A stretch of 64,000 bases of DNA from Thecamonas trahens ATCC 50062 (lineage: Eukaryota; Protista; Apusomonadida). The stretch lies in the NCBI RefSeq assembly GCF_000142905.1, contig NW_013657612.1, positions 68,159 to 132,158 of the forward strand, given 5' to 3'. Made by a program: the position numbers and the translations under genes. Below are positions 31,318 to 41,895 of the stretch, piece by piece. The notes beneath the pieces were generated by a model. The model did not search any database and had not been told where the DNA came from. It saw only the letters and a program-made list of their open reading frames with translations. Numbering within the stretch: position 1 is the first letter of the stretch; each line of letters opens with the position of its first letter.

Positions 31318-34300
31318 ATGTCGTACGACGACGAGTCTGAGGACTACTACTACGACGGCGAGGGCGGGTACGACGACGGGGACAACTCGTCGTACCATGG
31401 CGAGTCTGTCGACGGAGGCGACGGCACTGATGCCGAGGCAGCAGCCCGCGGGCCGGACATGGCCTTCCTCCCAGCCGTTGATCGGCCCGCCGCAAAGGTA
31501 GGTACTCCTCGAGCCACCCACGCTTGCGACATAGCGCTCACGCCAGCCATTCTCTCCACCCACGTAGCATAGCTACCATAGTACCTCCTTGCGCAACGTG
31601 GTGCGCTTGGGTGACTTTAAGCGTCCGTCCGCAGCGGTGGTGCAGGAGAAAGCCGCCAAACGGCGGGTTTCACCCGTTTGCCGTTTGGCGGCAATTTTTG
31701 GCGAGGCAGCGAGCGGGCGGCTGTTGGGTGAGGCGAGACGCATACTCACGACCAGACGGCACGGGCGGCGCAGATCATTGTCGAGGTCGGGCTCAAGGAG
31801 GCTCTAGAAGAGGGCACGCTGCAAGAGTTCCACGAGGTCGTGGCCATGGTCCACGACACCGAGGGCAGGCGGATGGCGGTGGTGGACACGACGACGCTCA
31901 GCGAGCTGGACGGTGCTGTGGCGCATCCCAAGCACTTTGAGTCGCCGGAGGAGGCCGACGAGCTGACGTGGGAGGGCGTGCGGATCGATCTGGCGGCGCT
32001 CGACTCGGAGATTGAGGCGCTGTCGGTCATGCTGTACTCGTCGGCGCCGCTCGACGATGAGGCCGGCTCGGAGCTGCCCAACATGCCGCAAACGCTGTAC
32101 TGCAAGGTGCTGGACAACAGCGATGTGTCTGTGGCGTACGAGGCCAAGCCGGTGCTTGCAGCCTTTGAGGCGCCGCTGGAGGTTGGCCCGCGCGGCTCGG
32201 TCGTCCTCACCCTCAACCGGGTCAACTGGGCCAAGATTGTGGAGGAGCGCGAGGCGGCGGCCGAGGCCGAGGCCGAGGCTGCCAGCGAGGGCGAGGGCGG
32301 CGCCGGTGCCGGTGCGCCAACACTGGCGGTGACTGGCGATGACGACGAGTCGCCGAAGCGGATGACGGTAGCGGCGTCGACGCTGGGCATTGCGGCTGCG
32401 CAGCCGCTGGGCTCTGGTGACTCGGCGCGGCACTCGTCCACGCCGCAAATCGGCGGGGCGACGCCCGGCGGAGCCGTCGACGACATGTCGTCGTCTGAAG
32501 CGGCGGCGGCGGCGGCGGCGGCGGTGGCCGAGTTTGCCGGCGTCCCGGTGGAAGAATCGTGGCAGGTCAAGTTTCTGGCGCGTGTGGCGGAGCAAGACGA
32601 CGTCGAGTACCAGGAGCTGCTTGCGCTGGCGGAGGAGCTGATGGTGGCGCGGCAGAAGAAGGCGCCAGTGCGCTCGGTGGCACTCAAGGCGGCGCACCCG
32701 GTGGCGCTCCCGCGGAACCCAGAGACGTTTGCGGTCGAGATTGCTTGGGCGATGAAGAACCCCGAGGCGTACCCGCTGTTTGGCGGTGGCGGCGACGACG
32801 GTGACGAGGGCGGTGACGGTGACGAGGCCGGCGACGGCGACGACGGTGACGGCGATGGATACGACGACTCTGGGTACGACGAGAAGAAGCGCGGCGGCGG
32901 CGACGGGTACGATGGTTACGACGGGTACGACGACGGCGACGGGTACGACGACGACGACGAGGCGGCGGTGGCCGAGGCCGAGGCGCGGCGCAAGGCCAAG
33001 ATTGTCCAGGCCGCCGAGGCTGTACTTGCCAAGGAGGTGCAGGTGGTGGCGGTGACGACCGACGCACGCGGCAAGCCGCTCGAGCTTATTCCAACGACAG
33101 TGGGTCGCTCGTCCGACGGCGGGGTGCAGCACAAGCCGTCGCGGCGGAACGCGGCAGGCGACTTTGTGTCGACGCTCACGTTTGATCCGTCGCGGATGGC
33201 ACCCGAGGTGGCGGGTGTGACGTTTATGGTTGTCGACGTCAAGAGCCACCTCGGCGAGCTTGCGGCGTCGCGTATCCGGCTCCTCAACACGACTGGCGTG
33301 GACGTGGACGAGGCGCTGGCGCAGCCGGAGGAAGCCGGCGGCGACGGCGATGGCGGCGACGAGTTTTCCGACGACGGGACGGCGGACATGGACTCGAAGG
33401 ACTCATCGGGCTCGTCGCCCAACTCCCGCGGGTCGCGTGCGTCGCGGGCATCGCGGCAGTCGTCACGGCAGTCGCGGCGGTCATCGCGTACGCGCGGGTC
33501 GAGCGGCGACGGTGGGAGCAAGAAGAAGATGTCGTCGCGGTCGATGTCGGAAAAGATGGGTCCTGCGACACGGACACCGTCGGCTAACTCGCTCCTCTCG
33601 ACGGCGCGAAGCAAGATCGCGTCGTCGGTGGCGGTGCTGAAGCGGCCGGACGAGGCATTCTACCAGGCCGCGGCAGAGGCGGCGAGCCCCGAGGCTACGC
33701 TCCCTGTGGAGCCCGAGCTCGGGCCGGAACTTGCGTCGTTTGTGGTGACCGAGGTGACCGGGTCGGAGGCGCCGGTAGTGGGCGTTGCGCGGCCGTCGAC
33801 GCCGCCGCTCGGCGACCCTGAGCCTGCGGGAGGTGCGGCGGCGAGTGCGGAAGAGCTTTTGCCGTCGGCGCAGGTGGTGTGCCGGGTGCAGCGGGCCGGC
33901 CGTGGCGAGAGGCGGGGCATGGACGACGGGTCGGTCTCTGACGGCGGCGGGTATGACGACGACGAGGACGGTGGGCGGATGGGCGGCGGCGGGTGGGAGA
34001 TTCTCCCGCTCGGCTCGCTGCTGCCGGGCGCCGGGCTGGAGGCGCTGGAAGCAGCACTGGAGCGATCGATCCACGAGATCATTCCGCGGTTCACGGTCGA
34101 CCTTGTGCCGAACGTGACGCAGCGGCTGAAGGACTACAAGGAGGGGTGGGACTACACCAACGTGGTGTTTGGCTTTGGGTGGGATGGTGAGGGCATGGAC
34201 GCTTACGACGAGTTCCCACTTCACGTCGGGTGCATGCTTCTCGATGAGCGCGGGACGGAGCTGGCAACGATTGGGCTGGCGCGGCCGTCGTCGGTCGACG

Positions 34301-35544
34301 GCTCGGTTATGCATCTTGTGAGCGCAGAGCTCCGCGAACAGGAGGCGAAGCTCAAGCGCGAGGCCGACGCTGCAGCGTCTGCGGCGGCGGCGGCGGCGGC
34401 GCGGGCGGCTGGCGAGGACGTCGACGAGTACGACGACGAGTACGACGATGCGCGCGGAACCGAGTCGAACACGGCGTACTCGACCGGCTCGCCAAGGTCA
34501 GACGGCGGCGACGGCGGTGACGTCGCGGGCGGCGAGGTCGACCTCGACGTGGAGAAGATTGCGGTGGACCTGACAAAGATCTCGGACAAGGTTGCGGCAT
34601 TTGTGCTTGTCCTCGGCATGCACGTGGAAGAGGAGCTGACACCCGAGCTCGACGTGTACATGCGTGTGCTTGACCAGACCAAGGTTGCAGAGAGCGGCGA
34701 GGCAGTGCAGCTCGGATCCGGCTTTGAGGCCATGCGGTACTCACTCCTCTGCGAGGAGGGCCACACGTCACTGGTGGTGGCGCTTGTGACGCGGTCGAAG
34801 GAGACCGGCAAGTGGCAGATCCAGCCGGTGGAGCAGTACTACGAGGGCATCGACTTTGCGGACGTGCTTGTGGACATCGAGAACGCGTACCGCGAGACGG
34901 TTCCGGATCCGGTGGTGCAGCTGCCGGCGAGTGTGGCGAGCCGAGTGCCGCGGCAGGTGCTGGATCTGTCTGGCTACGCCGGCACGTCGCTGGAGCGGAC
35001 GCTCGCGCTGATCAAGCCGCGGGCGACGGCCGCCGGGCACAGCGGGGCCATCCGCGAGTTTGTGGCGCTCCACGGCTTTGCGGTGGTCCGGCAAGTGCGG
35101 ACGCAGCTGACGCGACCGCAGGCGGCACAGTTCTACGCCGTCCACAAGGGCAAGCCGTTCTACTCGCGTCTGATTGGCTTTATGTCGTCGGGCCCGATCG
35201 AGGTGCTGGTGCTCGCGCGGCGCGGCGCGGTCGGGGCGTGGCGGACGTGCGTGCCGGCGCTCCGGGCCAAGTTTGGCACCGACGCCACGCGCAACGCGGT
35301 CCACGGCTCGGACTCGCCTGCCAACGCCGCCAAGGAGATCAAGTTCTTCTTCCCGGACATGGTGTCGGCCATTCCGGCCTCGGTCGACGCCGTGCAGTTC
35401 CTCAACGCCAAGGTCAACCCGGTCCTGCTCAAGGGCCTCACGGCGCTGGCCAAGGCCAAGCCGGCCGAGCCGCTCGAGTGGCTTGCCGCCTGGCTCCTCG
35501 ACAACAACCCGAACAAGCCCAAGTGCGTTGTTGATCTGGCGTGA
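31318..35544 (+). CDS. Three TerD-like domains fused to a C-terminal nucleoside-diphosphate kinase plus Dpy-30 motif (NME5/RSP23-type); predicted introns 31498-31567 and 31667-31773
   Basis: One uninterrupted frame from 31774 to 35544. The clearest TerD-like copy is VVFGFGWD...GCMLLDERG...SVDGSVMH...DVEKIAVDLTKISDKV...YMRVLD...MRYSL...GKWQIQPV. NDK is ERTLALIKP...FYAVHKGKPFY...FMSSGP...RNAVHGSDS...EIKFFF. Dpy-30 is FLNAKVNPVLLKGLTALAKAKPAEPLEWLAAWLLDNNPNKP. The 5' exon model is less certain. Confidence 0.8.
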
Positions 35545-35580
35545 GCATGTAAACGCGTCTCAGTTGCGAGCCGCAGACGA

Positions 35581-36480
35581 CTACTGCTGGGCGCAGTCGG
35601 GGACCTCGTCGTCGCCGTCGTCGCCGCCCATTTGCTCCAAGAACGAGAGCGCAATCTCGGCCGCCATGTCTTTGCGTTCGTTGTCCGGCAGGCCCGCCAT
35701 CTCCTGGCGCATGGTCGCGAACCGCTGCAGCGCTGCCTCGACTGAATCGGCCTGGGCCTCATACGCCGCAAACTCGGCATCGTCAGTCTGTTCCGCCTCG
35801 GCGTCGGCGGCCTGGCTGACCGGCTTCTCGCCGGCGAGATCAAAGGCAGAGAAGAGGGTGGCGGTGAGCGCGTCGATGGCGGCGCGCTCGGGATGGACCG
35901 ACAAGGGCTCGGTATCAGCGTCGGGAGTGCTCGGCAACTTGGGCGCTTGCCTGCTACTGGCCTCGCTCATGACCATCGACGGCCACATGTGCGTCTGCAG
36001 CGCTTCTGCAACGCGATCGATGCCGCGAGCGCCGCCCTGAGCCAGCGCGCGAGCGCCGTGCTCATCAAGGCGGATAAACTCGATGAGAGCGCCAGCAGCT
36101 AGCTCTTGCAGATAGTCGACGACGCTGTCATCGACTCCGTGGGCAGCATGGCCGAGAAGGAGAAGAACGCCGAGATCGGGTCGCGCATGGAGCGCTGATG
36201 CAAGATCAGGGAGCGCATCGGTCTGAGGCACACGGTGGCCGAGTGGAGCGAGGAAGACAGCAGCGCCGGCCGCCGCAGGCACGGCAGCATCATCACTGAG
36301 TGCGGAGCCATCGATGATGTCGATGACCAGGTCGGCCGAGTAGTACTTGTTGGAGAAGGACCATGTGCGAGAGGATGCGGCAGAAGGAGAAGGGAGCGGA
36401 GCGAGTGTGTCTGCAGCAGCAGCAGCGGCTTCTGTGTCACCGTCGACTGCAATCCATGCAATGTCGCATGGTGTCGTCAT
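35581..36480 (-). CDS. AAGAB: Alpha/gamma-adaptin-binding protein p34 (AAGAB/IRC6)
   Basis: WSFSNKYYSADL, GIDRVAEALQTHMWPSM and C-terminal LPDNERKDMAAEIALSF. Likely start is MTTPCD at 36480. Confidence 0.85.
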   Translation of the reverse strand: MTTPCDIAWIAVDGDTEAAAAAADTLAPLPSPSAASSRTWSFSNKYYSADLVIDIIDGSALSDDAAVPAAAGAAVFLAPLGHRVPQTDALPDLASALHARPDLGVLLLLGHAAHGVDDSVVDYLQELAAGALIEFIRLDEHGARALAQGGARGIDRVAEALQTHMWPSMVMSEASSRQAPKLPSTPDADTEPLSVHPERAAIDALTATLFSAFDLAGEKPVSQAADAEAEQTDDAEFAAYEAQADSVEAALQRFATMRQEMAGLPDNERKDMAAEIALSFLEQMGGDDGDDEVPDCAQQ

Positions 36481-36684
36481 GGGCAAGAGGGGGGGGGGGA
36501 GGGGAGGGGGTGAGTGGGGTGCAAGTGTGCCAGGGATACGATTGTTTGTTGTTACGGTAATCGTAGAGTGTTGGCAACAATTATTTGATATGGATGACAA
36601 CCATTCGTTTGGTGGTTGTTTGTTCGTTTCCTCCCTTCAAGGAGCAGCCAAACAGACAGCTGTACCGAGCCGAGGCCACCCACG

Positions 36685-36705
36685 CACACCCGCACACACC
36701 CAAAC

Positions 36706-36737
<32 letters not shown>

Positions 36738-36807
36738 CACCACCACCACCACCACCACTACTACTACCTCTACCGCCATCCACCATACGCACACACATCC
36801 AACACAC
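36685..36807. repeat. (CA)n/(CAC)n/(TAC)n compound microsatellite
   Basis: Directly visible in the divergent intergenic region. Confidence 0.9.
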
Positions 36808-38175
36808 ATGACTCAATCCTCAGCTTCATCATCTTTGGACAACCCAGAGTCATGCTCGGCAACGTCCAGCTTCCCGGACGTTGCCGCCGCTGCCTCGGCC
36901 ACTACCGCTGCCACTACCGCTGCCGCGGACGCGGACGCTAACGCTGCCGCCCCCGGTCCCGACCCTGACCCTGGCCCCGACCATGACCCCGGCCCCGGCC
37001 CCGCCGCGCCCCGTCCTGCAAGCCGCAGCCGCAGCCAACCGATGCATGATGGTGGTGATGGTGGTGATGAGGTGAGCCGACCTGCTGCGGCAACAGCTTC
37101 TTTGCAGAGACTCTCACACTCGCGGGAGCTCGCCTTTTCACGCGGTGCACTCGGCAGCGACATGAAGGTCGACAGCGTGTCGATGAGGCATGGCTCGCCG
37201 TCTAGACGTGGCTCGGCCCAACTATCCAATAGCCTCGCCTCTTCCGGGCAGCACCGCTCGCCGCGACTGGATGCGCCAAGCAACACACCGATGCCATCGA
37301 ATCCAGATCTGCCGCAAGAAGCGGCGGCGGCGGCGGCGGCGGCCGAAGCAGCGGCAGTCGAGGCGGCAAGGGTCGGTGATGGTGATGGTGATGGGATAGC
37401 GGTTGGAGGTGAGACCGGGGCGGATGGGCCGCGATCCAGGCGGTCGCGGGGAAATAGTCCGCCGCAGGCACGGGTGGGCGTCTCGCGGGCGCCACCGGGT
37501 GTGCTGATGCCCGGCGGAAAGACTCGTAGTGGTGCGGCGCGGACCGGCGGTGTGCCGGACGTGCTCACGCCGCAAACTCGGAGCGATGTGCCGACGACCG
37601 CCATCTCGGGTGGTGCTGCGCCCACTGAGGACGCGCATCGCCGGCGGATCGAGTCGACGCCGCAGGGTGACGCTCGGTCGTCGGCGCATGCCTCGCGGTG
37701 GCGGACATCTGGCCGCGAGCGCGTCGAGCTGACCGGGCGCGCCACTCTTGTGCTTGCCGTCCCCTTCATCTGCTACCTTGGATGGCTAGTCCCCATCTTT
37801 GTCATCGGCTTCTCGTCGGTGGAGAACACGTGCGACCGGCCGCTCGTCGGCTTTGTCTTTGGCTTTATCCTCATTATGGGTGCGTTCATGGTCTTCTACG
37901 TCGGCGTCATCGCCTACGCTTGGCGGCACGTCAACCCCAACTCGCGCACCACCCGTGTTCTCGACCGGGCGTGGGAGTTTCTGGAGAAGACCATCATTGT
38001 TGTCACCATTGCCTACTGCTCGCTCGGTGCCTACTGGATCGACACCACTCGCAACTGCAAGCGTCTCTTGCCCAACGTCTACTGGCTCGCACTCTCCATC
38101 GTCGTCACATTTCTCTTTATTCCGCTCTCCTACATCGCTGCTCGCATCTGCTACCGAGTCACCTCGCGGATCTAA
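36808..38175 (+). CDS. Membrane protein: long disordered N-terminus followed by 4 TM helices with paired luminal Cys
   Basis: Four hydrophobic segments with loops ENTCDRPL and TTRNCKRLLPNVYWL, similar to the TM module of plant/protist membrane RING E3 ligases but with no RING. Confidence 0.65.
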   Translation: MTQSSASSSLDNPESCSATSSFPDVAAAASATTAATTAAADADANAAAPGPDPDPGPDHDPGPGPAAPRPASRSRSQPMHDGGDGGDEVSRPAAATASLQRLSHSRELAFSRGALGSDMKVDSVSMRHGSPSRRGSAQLSNSLASSGQHRSPRLDAPSNTPMPSNPDLPQEAAAAAAAAEAAAVEAARVGDGDGDGIAVGGETGADGPRSRRSRGNSPPQARVGVSRAPPGVLMPGGKTRSGAARTGGVPDVLTPQTRSDVPTTAISGGAAPTEDAHRRRIESTPQGDARSSAHASRWRTSGRERVELTGRATLVLAVPFICYLGWLVPIFVIGFSSVENTCDRPLVGFVFGFILIMGAFMVFYVGVIAYAWRHVNPNSRTTRVLDRAWEFLEKTIIVVTIAYCSLGAYWIDTTRNCKRLLPNVYWLALSIVVTFLFIPLSYIAARICYRVTSRI

Positions 38176-38365
38176 CATGCGCACAGCACTGTCCGGCTCA
38201 TCATCGCTTTGCCCTGCCCCCGCCACATGTATATATACGCCAGCAACTGGGGCTATATGTATCCGTTGCTCACCGAGCTTAAAACACCCTCCCGCATGTA
38301 AAAGTCTAGCCATTTGATCGGCTGCCGGCCGTCCATCGGCCGGTAGCCATGCGGCGGCGCGCCCG

Positions 38366-38536
38366 CACTCTCGGTTGCCGGCCGGGCGACCACTCCGCTG
38401 GCTCGACAGCCTGTGATATCCTCGCATTTACTGTGCTGACCATCTTTGCCGACACATCGTGCTGATTGGCACGGCGATCCGCGTGTACGTGAGCGCCGTT
38501 CGATGGCTCGCGCACACACGATATCAAGGGAAGAAT
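38366..38536. repeat. Dispersed 171-bp repeat, copy A
   Basis: Ungapped manual alignment to the reverse complement of 51722-51892 shows about 20 mismatches (~88% identity). Confidence 0.9.
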
Positions 38537-38749
38537 CAAGCGCCCAGACGGCGGGCGTCGTCTTCGTCGTTGCGCATTGTTATCAAAAGAGCGGGCGGAT
38601 GGGCTCCCGCTCCGTCGGAGCCGGCCGTGTCGACGCCATCGGAGCTCTTTGCAAAGTATGGTGTCAGCCGCTTCGCTTCGCCGTGCCCGCCGAGAGAGCC
38701 AGCGACTCGCAGCATTGGCGGCAACACTTTACGACCTTTTTTGGGACGG

Positions 38750-39715
38750 ATGTCATCGCTTGCGGGCCTTCCCACGGCGACGCAGCACATGCTCTCTGCG
38801 GCCGGCATTACAACGAGACATGAGCTCCTCAGTCGAGCACTTGCCCGAACACTCCCTGGCCACGCAGGTGATGTTGTGGCCGAACTTGTGGCCTCGTCCG
38901 CCCCCTTCCCCACCACCGGCGATGATGACCTCTTCACACCGACTCGCCCTCTCCTCCCCACCCGCATTCCCTCTCTCGATGCCGCGCTCGGTGGTGGCTG
39001 GTTCCCCGGTGACGTCACAGAACTTGTGGGCCCACCAGCCTCGGGCAAGTCACAGTTTATTGTCTCGGCTGCTCTTGACTCGGTCTTTGTCGTCAACGGC
39101 TCGGAAGGTCCTGCCGATGCCCTTGCCGGCGCGTCGGATGCGGCGCCGGCGTGGATTCTCGACTCGTCGGCCTCGTTCTCGGTTGATCGGCTGGTGGAGA
39201 TGGTGCATGCTCGGCTGGCGTCGGCACCGGCAGAGGTGCAGGAGGCGGCGGCGGCAGAGTTGGAGACAGCGCTCGCCCATCGTCTTCGGATTGTAGCTGT
39301 TCATTCGGTGGCAGACGTCCTCGACGCGCTCGATGCTGTCGAGGCGCAGCTGGAGAATGCTGCGGCGATAGCGCCGCGGCTGGTGGCGGTCGACTCGATT
39401 GCTGACATCCTCTCGCCCATCGTCGGTTCGGGCCGCCGCGCACTCGCCGATGTCGCCACTGTCGGCGCGCGGCTCCGCGACATTGCGGCTGCGGGCGTCA
39501 TCGTTCTCGTGACCAATCGGGTCACCGCCTCGGGCACGACTCCGGCGCTGGGCCGGGCGTGGCGGTTTGTGCCAGACGTCCGGCTCATGCTCGAGCCGCA
39601 CCTGGAGCACCAGGCGACCCACGTGCGCGTCGTTGCCTGCCCGCGGCTCGCGCTCTCGGACAGCCCGCTGACGTTCGCCATTACTGCCGAGGGCATTGTG
39701 GGCGTCGCGCCGTGA
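38750..39715 (+). CDS. RAD51D: RAD51 paralog, most similar to RAD51D
   Basis: LPTRIPSLDAALGGG...VTELVGPPASGKSQF (Walker A), RLVAVDSI (Walker B) and VLVTNRVT...PALGRAWRFVPDVRL. Paralog identity is by motif recall. Likely start is ATG 38750. Confidence 0.8.
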   Translation: MSSLAGLPTATQHMLSAAGITTRHELLSRALARTLPGHAGDVVAELVASSAPFPTTGDDDLFTPTRPLLPTRIPSLDAALGGGWFPGDVTELVGPPASGKSQFIVSAALDSVFVVNGSEGPADALAGASDAAPAWILDSSASFSVDRLVEMVHARLASAPAEVQEAAAAELETALAHRLRIVAVHSVADVLDALDAVEAQLENAAAIAPRLVAVDSIADILSPIVGSGRRALADVATVGARLRDIAAAGVIVLVTNRVTASGTTPALGRAWRFVPDVRLMLEPHLEHQATHVRVVACPRLALSDSPLTFAITAEGIVGVAP

Positions 39716-39721
39716 AAGTGT

Positions 39722-41858
39722 TTACGCTTTGGACCGCCGCTTTCCTAGCCGGCGCAGCCGGCGCCGCTTCTCGGCCGCGCTCATCAGCGCTGTGCTCTTC
39801 CGCCGCGGGCGCTGCCGCTTCCACGGCTTGGCCTCGGCCTCGGCCTCGACCTTGGCCGCATGCTGCTTCTGGAACTCGGACATGTTGGTCCGGTTGGAGG
39901 CGACAAAGGCGGCGCCCCACGCCGCCTGCGGCTCGGCCTCGCTGACGTCGTCGCCCGGGCCGAGCAGCGCAAACATCCGCGACGCCACCGACGGGCCGCG
40001 GATCTGGCTCTCCGGGAGCGGCACATGGATGGGCTCGCCGTTGGCGGACTGGGCCGGCGCCGGCTGCTGCGCGTTGCCGGCACGGCGGCGCGCCGACACG
40101 TCCGCCGGCGCCGTCGATGTTGCAGGCGCCGGCTCGGTAGCGCTCGGAGCCTCGCCGATGCCGAGCGCGGCAAACGACCACGAGCCGGCCTCGGTGGTGA
40201 GCGTGGAATCGAGCACAAGCGCACCGGTGGCCTTGCGCTCGCGCTCGACAATCTTGTCATTAAACAGATCGGCGGTGGCCACAAAGGCTTTGCGCTCGCT
40301 AGCCTTGCGGTCGATTTTGGGCGCGGCTCGGAGCGGGAGTGCCGAGCTTTTGACAGAGAGCGCGGTTGCGTCGACGCCACCGAGGTTCTTCCGCAGCCGG
40401 GCCTTTTGCTTCTTGGCGTTGATCTCGGCCTTGGCCAGTGCGCGGGCCTCTGCCATCTTCTCCTTCTCGCTCTTGCCGGCGCGTGGCGGCGGGGCGGGCC
40501 CGCTCACAATCTCCATGTGCGCGTCCTCGGCCCGGGTCGGGTCGTATCGGACTGTCGGCTGCCACTCGCGGCGGTGGCCACGCTTCGGCTGCGCGGCGAG
40601 GACTGCGGCGACGCTTGTCGCTCCTCCGGCTGACGCGCGGACCTTGGTCGCCGACTTGCTCACCAGCTGCGCCCTGCCGCCGTCCGACTCCGAGTCGGAC
40701 TCGTCCATCGGCACGGCGCCCTCGGCCTCCTCGCCGAGCACTGCCGCCAAGGCCGATCGCATCGCCGACCGCTCGGCCTTGGTCACTTCGACAGCGTCGG
40801 CCACAGCTTCCGAGTCAGAGTCGGAGTCGGAGCCCGAGCCCGAGTCAGAGTCGGAGCCCGAGTCCGCATCGGCGCCCTTGCCGGCCTCGCGGAACTTGCC
40901 GAGATGCTTGTCGACAAAGTCGGAGCGGAAGGCCTGGGTGAGCTTGAATCGCTCGTCGCCCTTCATCATCTGTTGCATCTGGAGCAGCTCGTGACCGGCC
41001 TTGCCCTCGAAAAGCGGGTTGATGAACGACTCGGGTTCGGTCTCGGCCTTGCCATTGCCCTTACTCTCGCTGCCTGCCGCTGCCGCTGCCCGACGCGCCC
41101 GGATCTGGTCCATCAAGCTCAAACTGCCGCCCTCGGCCGCATGCTCCGCAGTGGGCTGGGCGCGAGCAAAGGTGAATCCGGGCCGGTGGCCGTCCGAGCC
41201 CGAGCCCGAGCCGTCGCCGGCCGCCGCCGCAAAGCCGCCCGCGCCCGAGTCTGAGCCTGAGCTCGAGCCCGAGCCGAGCCACGCCGATGTCTTGATCGTC
41301 TTGGCCTCGGGCAGGTAGTGCTTCTCGGGTTCGGCCTTGGCCGGCTCAGCCTTGGTCGGCTCAGCCTTGGCCGACGCAGCCTTTGCCTTGGCTGACCACC
41401 GTGGGCCATCGTCTGAGTCGGATGCCGAGTCGGAGAAGAGCACCCGCGACGAGGTGGCGACCGAGACCGAAATATGCGGCACCGAGCCTGCCGTCTCCTT
41501 CAACCGCTTCCGCAGGCGATCGACGCCGGCCTTGCGCTGCTCCTCGCACTGGGCACGGATTGCCGCCGCCGTGTCGGGCGACTTGGACGTCTTGCGCCGC
41601 TTCCGCGGCCGCGTGTTCGACGACGAGGTCGTGCTTGAGCTGGAGGTCGTTGACGATGATCCGGAGCTAGTGCCGGTGCCGGAGCTGGTGCCGGAGCCAG
41701 AGCTAGTGCCCGAGCCGGTGCTGGTGCCCGAGCCAGAGTCAGAGTCAGAGCCAGAGCTAGTGTTGGAGCCCGATCCCGATCCCGATCCCGAGCCAGAACC
41801 AGAGCCAGAGCCAGAGCCAGAGCCCGAGCCAGAGCCCGAGCCCGAGCCCGAGCCCGAG

Positions 41859-41895
<37 letters not shown>

